A stretch of DNA of 42,162 nucleotides from the NCBI GenBank assembly GCA_900617105.1, contig UYFQ01000638.1, positions 1 to 42,162 of the forward strand, given 5' to 3'. Source of the stretch: Hydrurus foetidus (Eukaryota). The translations under genes and the position numbers were made by a program. Shown here piece by piece: positions 1 through 10,300 of the stretch; positions within the stretch are counted from its first letter, which is position 1, and the number at the start of each line of letters is the position of its first letter. The notes beneath the pieces were generated by a model that saw only the letters and a list, made by a program, of their open reading frames with translations, was not told the origin of the DNA and searched no databases.

Positions 1-290
1 TGTGGTTGGATTAGTGGATAGGTATTACTCGAGAAAAACTATTTCTAAACCGTCAAAAAGCCTCAGCTGGTGACCGGTCTCGAGTTCGATCCAACCGATG
101 TTGGTGCCCTTAAATCCGCTAAAACGTCGACATTCGATGTCGCAAAAGCGGTGTATCGATGTCCCTCGCGGTCCTATCAAACAAATGTTGATTTAAAGCG
201 AAATCAGATTTTATTTTTATTTTGTAATTTATCTGGAAAAAGCGCTATAAGTGGGTAAGTCAAAATCAATAAATAACTCCCTGAATTTCT

Positions 291-2043
291 TTATACATTG
301 AGCACTTGGTCACGTAGCTCTTGGAATAGCTTCCCCTGCAGTGGCTTGGTCAGCAAATCTGCAATCATTTCTTTAGTACTCTTGTAGGTTACAATAATAT
401 GGTCTGATTTAATTCGGTCATGCAGGAAGAAAAACTTGATGTCTATGTGTCTAGTTCTTTCACTGTTGGACCTACCGTTCTTAACTAACTGAATTGTGGA
501 TAGGTTATCTTGGTAAATTAAAGCTGGACCTACCTCATACTCTTGATGGATAAGGAAATTCCTAGTCCATAAAACCTGATTACCTGCTTCAGTCATAGCT
601 ACTAGTTCTGCCTCTGTGCTAGACGTAGTATTTAATTTCTGAGTGGAACTCTTACCATATATTGCTCCCTTACCTAGTGTTATAATACAGCCAGTGTGAC
701 TCTTCTTATCTGCATGTACAGCGTATGATGCATCTATATAGGCTATAACCTTAACCGGAGTATCTACCTCTAGGGTCAGCGGCATAGCTCTAGTCTCTCT
801 GATATACCGTATAGTATGCGCTAACTTATTCCAGTCGTCGGTTCTAGGTTCTAAGACTCTTTTAGTTAGATATGCTATACATGTCAGTATGTCTGGTCTG
901 GTTCTCTTACTTAAATATAACAACTTAGCTGTTAGTGAGTGGAATCTCTCACGTTCTTTATCTTTCAATAAAGGACTGTTAAGATCGATCTTGAATAGAT
1001 TATCGTCGGCAGGTGTTCTAGACACCCCCACAATCTCTATGCAATCGTCTAACAAGTCTTTTATGAAACCTTCCATGGATATGACAACTCTGCCTAACTG
1101 CTCAAAGTTAAAAGTCATACCTATATAATTCAACACTCTACCTCTACTCTTAGTCAAGCCTGGGTATAGGTTTTCTATCTCTGAAATTATACTATCTATA
1201 CGCTTCTCATCCCTACTGCTGATCATCATATCATCAACATGGATAACTAAAGTAGTCTGAGTGGAATCTAGCTCAGTCCTATTGAATACACATATGTCTG
1301 ATGGATTTACCTTATAGCCTAACTGTGTTAAGTCTGATGATATTTTATCGTACCATAACTTAGCTGACTCTACACATCCATATAATGCTTTCTTAAGCTT
1401 AACTACTACTGTTCCTTTCTCATTTACATACTTCTGATAGGACTTGTCAATGCTAACTAATATGTTAGTCAAATATTTATTCAGTCTCATCAGCACTGCA
1501 TGGTCACCGTCTAGTGGCATATCACTGTTGAGGAATGCACCAGGAAAATCGATCGTAGCGACCGCTCGATTTTCACTAGCAGCAATTGCAGCAACAATAA
1601 ATACGCTAGTGGTGCTAACAGTTGGTGATGAACCGTTATCATATATATTTCTATCTTGTAAATGACCTCCTGCTACAAGTCTAGATTTTAGCTTATCAAA
1701 TTTACCATCTGCTGTATACTTATCTTTTAAAAACATACTGCTGGTTATGATACTTTTCCTCTGATCGTAACTAAGACTGTTGAGGTGAACTGCCTCCCAC
1801 ACATTCTTATCACACATCTGTTGTAACTCTTTTTTAATGGAATCTACGGCTATCTCGCCTAATTTCTGTACTCCTTCTGTTACGGTCATGTTCATCATGT
1901 ACTTACACATAACTGAATCTTTGTAGCTAGGTATACTTAAACCTACTAATCTCTTGTTCCATCTACCTGGCTGATGGTTTCTAGCACTACGTCTGGGTTG
2001 TTTATCTAGAATTTCCTCTGACTTGCTATTTTCTGTGGTGGGG
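291..2043 (-). CDS. Copia pol: linker, reverse transcriptase and RNase H
   Basis: Motifs KSRLVAGG, IDFPGAFL, KALYGC, IHVDDMMI, RTRPDI, YIDASYA, SSTEAE, RHIDIK and ADLLTKPL. The frame is open upstream of 1910 (QPRRSARN linker) to about 2043. Confidence 0.95.
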
Positions 2044-3673
2044 TATCTACCTCATCATCACTGTCTACACCAAATATATCATTCATTAATGCATCGGGGT
2101 CAGTTGGTGTATCGTCATACACTACATCCTCTCCTTCATTAACGTATATATCATTTGGTATGTATTCTGTTAATTGTTCGAACTCTGATTCGTAAGCTAC
2201 ATCAGAATTGCCATCGTATGAGTCAAAATTATTTGCTATCTCATGATGCACAAATTCATCTTCTGTAGGGTAACTATACGGTGTTATCATGTCAGGTGTC
2301 TGCAACTCAAATTCATCGTTGGAGTAATCATTTCCATCGTCTTCGAGGATTTGATTACTCTGTTCGAAAATAGGTTGCTTGACATTCACTGACATATTTA
2401 ATTTCCTCTCAGATGCTAACTTATCGAGGTAACTGATCACATCATCTGTCATTGGTAGGCTAGTAGCCTTTGTCCTCTTTACTACTTTTAAGTTAGCTAA
2501 CAGCAGATAGTACCATGAACCTTCTAGGTTGCCTGCACTAACTAATGCTATTGCTGCCTGTGATCTGGGTTTAGTAGAGTTGTCCACGGAATTGGTATGT
2601 ACTTGTACGTAATCACCGAAAGCGTGTTTCAACTCCTTATCTACGTTAATCTTTCTACCGTATAATTTCTCTCTGGGGCTGACGTAAGCTATACTGTTTC
2701 TAGTTGTTACTAAATTTAATCTGTTCACAACATATCTAAGTAACCAACTTTCTAGTAGCTCACTCAGTGAAAAAGGTACCGTGTTGATGATGGCACGAAC
2801 ACGTTCCTTGATCACTCTGATCTTCCTCTCAACTACAGCTACTGCTTCTCCTGCTCCAGTACTGTCTAATATAATACCTAGTGCGGCTAGCTTACTCTCA
2901 AAACTTATAGTGTTAACTGCCGACTCTCCGTCTATTCTTATCATAGTTATCTTAAATCCATACTTAGTAATGTGATGTATGTTGCTCTCTAAGTTCATCC
3001 ATAAGGAAGACTTGTTTTTACGTGAGAGTTTACATATCATCACATATTCTAAGGGATTTGTAACAGTGACTAGATAGGGTATCGAGTTCACAAACATCAA
3101 ATCTATGTACATAACCTGGTTCAGGAACTGCCTATCTACAACTGGCATCTCTTCCTCTAACTCAGTTTTGTGACTAGTTGTTTTCCCCTTAAGGGAACCC
3201 AAATCTGGTCCAAAAATATCTAATGCTCTAACTACATCTTGTGCTGTTATGTCACTCTTATCTAATTTCCCCTGACCTATTAATTTAATTAACTGTCCTG
3301 GGCTGGCGTAACCTAACTTTCTCTGATACTCTCTAGCTAACTCTGCTGACTTAACTTGTCTAGCTGTATACAGTTTCTTCTTATCCTTAACTGTCATGAC
3401 CATGATCGATTTATCGAACGATACATTCTTGTAACTGACATTTCTGTCTAAGTCGCATAGATATATGTTCGTAGACTGATCATGGACAAATCTATATACA
3501 GGTCCTAACTTAATCATCCTAACTTTGTAACAATCCTGGTCACTGTCATAGCTAACTGACTCGCTCGAGCTGACTATGTTACCGAAGGATAATATATTTG
3601 CTATACAATTGCTATCGTAGTAAACTGTTCCGAAGTCCGTCTCGCCACACTCCGTGATTATCAAGGGTTCCCC
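2006..3673 (-). CDS. Copia pol: C-terminal part of protease and integrase
   Basis: DDE-like motifs YIDLMFVN, RIDGES and VVERKIRVIKERVR, plus AFGDYVQ. The N-terminal ITAQDVVRALDIFGPDLGSLKGKT segment is typical of diatom/stramenopile copia integrases and has no clear HHCC. Confidence 0.9.
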   Translation of the reverse strand, partial: GEPLIITECGETDFGTVYYDSNCIANILSFGNIVSSSESVSYDSDQDCYKVRMIKLGPVYRFVHDQSTNIYLCDLDRNVSYKNVSFDKSIMVMTVKDKKKLYTARQVKSAELAREYQRKLGYASPGQLIKLIGQGKLDKSDITAQDVVRALDIFGPDLGSLKGKTTSHKTELEEEMPVVDRQFLNQVMYIDLMFVNSIPYLVTVTNPLEYVMICKLSRKNKSSLWMNLESNIHHITKYGFKITMIRIDGESAVNTISFESKLAALGIILDSTGAGEAVAVVERKIRVIKERVRAIINTVPFSLSELLESWLLRYVVNRLNLVTTRNSIAYVSPREKLYGRKINVDKELKHAFGDYVQVHTNSVDNSTKPRSQAAIALVSAGNLEGSWYYLLLANLKVVKRTKATSLPMTDDVISYLDKLASERKLNMSVNVKQPIFEQSNQILEDDGNDYSNDEFELQTPDMITPYSYPTEDEFVHHEIANNFDSYDGNSDVAYESEFEQLTEYIPNDIYVNEGEDVVYDDTPTDPDALMNDIFGVDSDDEVDTPPQKIASQRKF

Positions 3674-4071
3674 TGAGGGTTCACTCCATTAATAATCATC
3701 GGGGTAGCGGACGGCATAATACTATAAAATAAATCTCCACTACAAAATACTGACTCTGCTGCACATGTATCTAACAACACTTGTCTCTCTGTAAATGTGG
3801 AACTGTGTGTATATACATTCGCACTAAAAATCACAGGGTCACCCCCACAATTTTTACTGTTCAGTGGACAAAAATTCTCCAATCTGCATGCTTTATCTAA
3901 CAATGGCACAAACGCAGGGTAACCGGTCGACGTTGCAAATACGTCATGCAGTCCGGTTTCCCCACACGGAACATTTACATCCTTAGCTAGTGAATCAGGT
4001 AAAAAAACATATAAGGGACTTACTTTTCCGAGGAAGTGTGACGCGCAGGTGCGTTCTTCCTCAGGGGCTTC
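3661..4071 (-). CDS. Copia aspartic protease N-terminal part (-1 frame relative to gag)
   Basis: VLLDTCAAESVF catalytic-like motif. The frame is open from 4071 to 3661 and overlaps the gag stop. Confidence 0.8.
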   Translation of the reverse strand, partial: EAPEEERTCASHFLGKVSPLYVFLPDSLAKDVNVPCGETGLHDVFATSTGYPAFVPLLDKACRLENFCPLNSKNCGGDPVIFSANVYTHSSTFTERQVLLDTCAAESVFCSGDLFYSIMPSATPMIINGVNPQGNP

Positions 4072-5200
4072 TTACACTCGTACGCATAGTGGCCCTCCTC
4101 CCCGCAGTTATTGCACGCTCCGTAACGGGTGCCGTACTCCTGTACGGCACCACCTCTCTGTCGCTGTGGGGTGGCCTCCCTATCCCTATAGGGAGTGCCT
4201 GCCCTCGCTGTACTCTCGCTGCCGGGGGTATCGTACCCTCCCTTCTCAGCTCCCTGACTGCCTCCGCGGCCTCTGCCGCCTCTCCCACCGGAACCCGCTC
4301 TCCCACCCCGATTGGCCGCGAAAACGTTTCGCTTCTCCGAGTTCGGGGGAGCTCCTCCGTGGACGGGCCTTCCCATAAGGAAGTTGGCCGCGTCCTGGTT
4401 GGCATCACCCATGGTCTGCGGCCATGGGCGAACCTTATTTTTAAACGTATTAATATATTCTGAATAGTTTGAATTCAGTGCAGTTATAAATAAAACAGCA
4501 TGGAACTCATCTGTGTGTTCTGGCGCTTCTTCGTCTGCCAACCTGTAGGCTTCGCTCTTGACAAATAGCAGGGTCCGGCACCTACTATAGTAAGCTGCTA
4601 GGTCTTCGTGTTGAGTCATTTTATTGTTATAAAAGTTTCTAACTGCTGTAATTATGTTATTGGTTTCTCCATACCTTTTGTTGTTCATGTGTGTTGCTAC
4701 CACACATGTCAACAGACCTAGTGGATCACATTCCTCCATGGCTCTCTTCCCAGCAGGCATCTCGTTCACCCTTGTGATCGAGGCCTCTGACATTTGACCT
4801 AATATTACACCATACAGTTTTGCACAGTCTTTTATAAGTAATTCAGATGCAGCATCATATTTCTTACGTGCTGTTTTCCATCTCTCTATCGCGACAAGTC
4901 CTGCTCCCTCCGGCGGATCTTCAGGTTCCACCTGCTCCACGTAGTCGTAGAGGATCCCGTCGATACCTATAATTTCTTTGATAGTAGATTCATAAGTACT
5001 GTACATATATACTCGAAAACATTCAAGCCATTTCAACACAGATTCTGGATCTGCCGCTTGTCCTCGCGGCAAATCCAGGTAAGCACCTACCTCGGGCTTC
5101 CTACCTTTAGATATGGGTTTATGAGGCTCTCCTTGCCCTCTACCATATCGACCCCTGCCCCGCCACGGGACTGGAATCTCCCATCGCCTCGTCCTCTCAT
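4020..5200 (-). CDS. Copia gag with RGG-rich segments and CCHC zinc knuckle
   Basis: CNNCGEEGHYAYEC knuckle and an LYGVILGQMSEAS gag-like segment. The probable ATG at 5200 (MRGRGDGRFQSRG) joins the main ORF through a 1-nt shift at the C-run near 5158-5161. Confidence 0.88.
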
Positions 5201-5244
5201 CCTTGCAAAGCTTTTGCAACTTCTAGCTAATCTATCTAAGGATG

Positions 5245-5255
5245 ACTGTCGTTTA
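5245..5255 (-). promoter_or_regulatory. Non-tRNA primer binding site (TAAACGACAGT), putative self-priming
   Basis: Directly abuts the LTR end CAACA and lacks TGG. It is the exact reverse complement of minus-strand LTR motif ACTGTCGTTTA at 5387-5377. Confidence 0.75.
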
Positions 5256-5534
5256 TGTTGGAAATCTGGGCGATTTACACGGAATTTCTTCCGAGTTCCC
5301 AAACGATCCCTGCACTTCCGACTGCTAGCAACGCTTGCTCAAAAGAGAAGAAGACGTTCTATTCGGTAAGTTGGATTAAACGACAGTGACATGCTGTCGA
5401 TTACATCTAGCTAGCATAACATGAGTGCGAGGGTTGCGGTCAATGCTATCGCTGAATGTACGTACACCCGTGCATGAAAACAATCATACATCACGCAGGG
5501 TACAGGATCCTAGTCTAATCCGGATATCACAACA
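5256..5534 (-). repeat. 5' LTR of copia copy 1 (279 bp)
   Basis: TGTTG...CAACA termini. Aligns without gaps to 38755-39033 (about 24 mismatches by manual count, ~91% identity). Confidence 0.93.
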
Positions 5535-5977
5535 TCGAGTGCCCTTTGTTTGCGCTCAATTGTGGTATTACGGTTTTTTATTTTCTTCGATATCAGCCAA
5601 AATATGATCATTTTTGCACGTTTCAAGAGTAGCAGTGAAGCGCAACTCAACTTTCTTCGAGAATCGTCAACTTTGGGATATGTGAGACATTATGATCTTG
5701 ATAGATCTTGTAACTGATCTTTGGCTCAGCAGCTATTCGAGTTCAAAATCGTCCATTTTGGAGCGAAAACAGTGATTTTGACGGAGGTCAAAATTTCCCA
5801 CATGAAAACGGGGAGAAAGTTTTCCGTGATTTTAAAAGTTTTAAGTGTATTTCCGATAAATCCTAATACGAATACCACATTTAAAAGCGCAAACAAAGGG
5901 CACTCAACGGTATTCTATTGCGGAGATCCGTTGTTGTTGTGTACGGTATACGGCCAGCCGACTAATTTCAACTGATT

Positions 5978-6161
5978 AGAGTGTTTGCGCACCGGAAATT
6001 TCCGGGATCACTTTTCCGAAATGCGTCGGAGATTTGTAGATACCAGGCTATCCCGAAACTTGAGAATCTGGGCGGAGATTCGCCGGCAAAGCGGTACCAA
6101 AGTGAAAATCCCCGGAAATTCATGGGGTATTTCGCCGGAATTTCCGGTGCGCAAACACTCT
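5978..6161. mobile_element. MITE (184 bp) with 23-bp perfect TIRs
   Basis: AGAGTGTTTGCGCACCGGAAATT ... AATTTCCGGTGCGCAAACACTCT, with internal CCGGAAAT-like repeats. Related TIRs occur at 41075-41334. Confidence 0.85.
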
Positions 6162-7341
6162 AACCAGGAAATTGATACCATTTTCGGATGAGGAAATTTT
6201 GAATCATTTGACAACAGATCAGATAGAAAAAACCAAAATTTGATGCGAAAATTGACGGATTTTCATTTGATGTTATTCGTTAATATTTGCTCCAATTTAA
6301 TCCAATTAGCCCAGCCGATAATTACAATACGTCTTGTCCCCTATTCTTTGTATTCGGTTTGAGTGTACGGAGTGCAATCACACCAAATACCTCATCATAT
6401 GCACTAATACACAGCTCTCTTCACAAATTAGCAACTCCATCAATTTTTCAGTCACAGAGATTCTGATGACATCGACGTGTGCCTCTATCTTCTCCCGTTG
6501 GAATGTGATGGCTTTTGTTTGACCTACTTCTTCTGCGCAAATTTTCTACCTCTTGCGCCATCGGTACCACTTTTGGCATGCTGATGTCGAAGTCCCTTAT
6601 CGATCCTATTGAGAACTTTGGGAATTAATGCGGCAGCTATCAAACAGTCCTGAGATGTTGTATTTTCCAAATGCCTAATGTCCCACAGCTTTGCTTCAAA
6701 GCATCATCCAGAATCGATGAATCTTTCGGCCTGTAAATTTGAGGGATATCGAGCATGCAAAACATCCTATAAATCTGTGTTGAATCAGCAATAATGGCAT
6801 CCAAATTAGTGACGGACCTACGGTGACCTCGGAAATCAGTGGCTATTTGCGTTGAGGCTTGGAAGTGGAGGATAGAGATACGACATCTGAATTGAGCAAT
6901 AGTAAACGAGTGGATAACTTCTAAAGGTTGCATGCAAATTTGTGCTGATGGGTTGTCCTCCAAGATACTGGTACATATATCTGGGTACCGTATAGTTTAG
7001 GATGGTGTATACCGTAAGCCGTAAGGTGTCCGGTAGCTGTTTACCGGAGCACTTAACATTGGTGGAGCTAGGCATACCCGGGTATTGGGCACCACTATGA
7101 ACTCGAACTGTGAAGGAAAGGACACTCATTACTCATCGCAATATCTCAAAAAATATTTCGCAGCATCTAGCTGAAGAAGCAAAAGTAGAAATCAGCAGGT
7201 TCCTTGATCCGTGGCAATATCGCCAACCAGGCAAATTTTTGCGAGGTCTCTGTGTCATCGATGCAGAGATTGCAACATATTGCCGGATCTTCTAACCTTT
7301 GAGTCCTCAAGACAGTAAACCACTCGTTATATTGAGGTGAG

Positions 7342-10300
7342 ATGAAGATTAAGCGAGGTGCCTGTCTGGGAACATCGAGCCTTCCAAACGGCTTCTGTGA
7401 TATTCTTGGGGCGAAATCGAGAACTGAAGTTTTGCTGGTGCTGGAGACGTTATCGGATCAGGAAATAGCTGAGCCGGTATGATGAGATACTGTATCTCAG
7501 AATGGAGAGTTTAATATTTCTTGTGTGATCTGGATTGCGTAATATTGAGCTTAAATCACTTAGTTTGGCTTCAGCAGTTTTCGAAATCAACTTATCTTGT
7601 TTTTTTTATCACAGTTCTGATCTGCAACTATATTTGGATTACAGGTCGATCTGCACATATGCACAGAAATATTGAATCTGATTGACAGTGAGCTAGCCCT
7701 GATAGTTGAGAGTTTCAAACTCTTTTCATTAATTCCTCCTGAGCCGAAACAAAGCGATAGTCGTGCTAGCATTGAATCAATACCAGCAGCAACGCAATCT
7801 GACATATCTGATGCGAAGAAAGTGCTTGCATTCACTGCACATCTTCTACAAAATTCCTACAATAAAGAAGTCTACAACTCTGCTGAGGTAAGAAAGCCAA
7901 CTTTCTGTTACTACTTTTTTTACAACAAAATCGGAGCGGAGAATGATAACTTAACTCGTTACTGACAAACGTTTATCTACATTTTCCTCCAGTATGTAAT
8001 GATGTTTTTAAAGTCATACAATGACGACTTGGCTGTGCTTGCTTTGAAAGTTATGGCAACCCTGGCCTGCCCCCCCATGATCCACAAGTGTTTGGAAGAA
8101 AACCGACACGAGACTGCGATCCATAAAAACACTGCTTTATGCAATCCTTTTTTCGAAATAGGTAATCTAGTCCTCTGTATTCATTTTGACATCTGTCTTT
8201 TTTTGATATCTGCAACTATTCTCTTATCCTGGATATTTTCTTTATAATAGTCGAGAGCGCTTTGAAGTGCTCGCTACAGGCGTCAAGTGAAGATATTTTA
8301 CATGATGATTTTGTACTACCCATGCGGAGAAGGAGTGTCCATTTCGACTACAGAGATGTTTCCTTCACTTCCACCATACCTTGTACTAATTCGGGTACTG
8401 TTGGAGAGAGAACTGTTGTCGAGTATGAGAGTGCTGGATTTTCAATGGGGGAAGATTCGTCACTTGTTTGTATTGTCGATGACGTCAGCAATCCAAGTGG
8501 AGATTTTGGTGTTCTTTTCTCTTCTGTTGAATCGACCATGAAGGAGTCTTCTATGAAAGTCCTGCTAAATAGTGCGAAATTCGGACTAATATGGCAAATC
8601 AGACTGTTACGAATGCTGCTGAGCAAAGAAGGGAGGCGGTTATTCCTGGAGTGCGTATTTCACGCAGTGCACACTTTGCTCTGCTGCTATCTAGACGGCA
8701 CTCTACTCTCCCAATTCTTCTTGGATAAACCAGATTTTGTGAAGGATTTTTTGTGCCTGTTGAGAACGGGTCCGGGTTCTGTGGGATTTACCCCCGGGAT
8801 CGTCCCCATTTATTTGAGACAGCTTGCATGCCAGTGTCTGAGTGCAATTGTGGGGTCCAGGGATTCTACCAATGTGTCTGTGTTGGGGGGGAGATTCTCT
8901 TGGCTGCAGCACGATCTTGGTGTTAATAGGTGCGTACTATTTTAAATGGAATGGAATTGTGTTGTCTTTTTTTCTTCTTAAAATCAGAATTTTGGATTTA
9001 TTTGCTCTTTTTTTTGTTGATTATTTCGAGTGTTTATGTTGTACTGCATCTTCAACTTCGCTCGTTACTGCTGCGATTTGTCTGCCCTGTTCCAATGATT
9101 TAATTGTGTACTTCTGGCAATTGCTGGAGCATATTTTTTAAGTGGTGTGCGGTATACGCACTGCATTGATGATGCTGGCAGTGCTGCAATAGTATATCAT
9201 CACCTAAAACCTAGCATTCACGAACCAATTTACTCACTGAGCAACTGTTGTTCTAGAAACGAATAAAACGCCTGACTCTGAATTCAAATTTCTTCACCTT
9301 CATACTTAAATTTTCATTCCGGAAAAATACATTCGTTCCGAATTCATACATGCATGCCTACTTCTCTAATTTAAATTTTTCTTTAAAAAGCCTTCACTGA
9401 AAAACTTATCTCACCTTCACCTATACAAAATAAATTGTTAAAACATCCAGAGGACAGTACATGGGCCTGCTGCCGTGCGTTCTGCGCTCCGTACTGTCAT
9501 TCTTACAGCTTGAAGATGGAGACGCAGACACGCACACGACTGCTACTGCCTCAGGCACTACCACAAGTGAGTTTTGTGGGATTGATTTGGCTTCACATAT
9601 GGAAGTGGACACTACAGTTACTCAACAAGGAGGCAAGGCAGAGCTGCAGCAGTACATGGAGTCTCTTCTGTGGACGGAGAGTGTGTTGGGGCTCACAATG
9701 GCACTAATTAGTGTTACCACCGCTCTACCTGCCCTCACTGACAACGGTGTCATCTCCTCAATAGCATCTGTGCTGAGCAACAAACCGAGGAGTCAGATGT
9801 ACTATGCCACTCGATTTGGAGGCAGTGACGTCAGCAAGAATGACTTGAAGAGAGTGTCAGTGGCTAGAGTGCACATCGACTCTCTGGTAGTGCAGATCTT
9901 AGACACTGCCATCACAAACCACTCAGGCGCATTCGTAGCATTCAAAGATCAAGGAGGAGCTGAGGCAGCACTAGTGCGGCTATTGGACGAGTTGCAGATC
10001 ATGTCCGACCCTGTCTCAACTGACAGCTCTCTGCAGTCTATTGCGGAAGAAACAGCAGCTCAAGTACAGGCAAGCATGGAGACAGATGCTATGATGGTGG
10101 TGGATACGCACGAAATAACGCCACCTCCCCCAGCTCTACAAGAATCCAAATCAGAGACAGAATTAGATTCAGCTGCCATTTCAATTCCAAGTTCTGAGGA
10201 GGGGAGCTCTGAGGGTAGCGAGGAGAAAGCATCTCCAGTACCAGCTCCAGTTGCTCTGACGATAATATCCTCGGAAGCGAGAACAGCTGTGACAGAGGGG

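Larger units (their letters stand above)
1..5534 (-). mobile_element. Ty1/copia LTR retrotransposon copy 1 (CoDi-like); 3' LTR lies outside the window
   Basis: Domain order gag(CCHC)-PR-IN-RT-RH on the minus strand. A 279-bp TGTTG..CAACA LTR sits at 5256-5534. The 3' UTR (1-290) is homologous to 39250-39555 of copy 2. Confidence 0.95.

Noticed and set aside
70..258. Antisense 62/63-aa ORF present in both copia copies (also 39331-39522)
   Set aside because: Differences between the copies are mostly non-synonymous and the start and stop codons differ, so it reflects shared UTR ancestry rather than protein selection.
5535..5970. Possible additional repeat element next to the 5' LTR
   Set aside because: No termini, TSD or second copy is visible in the window.
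6334..7295. Short ORFs upstream of the HECT gene
   Set aside because: No recognisable motifs and no consistent exon chain.
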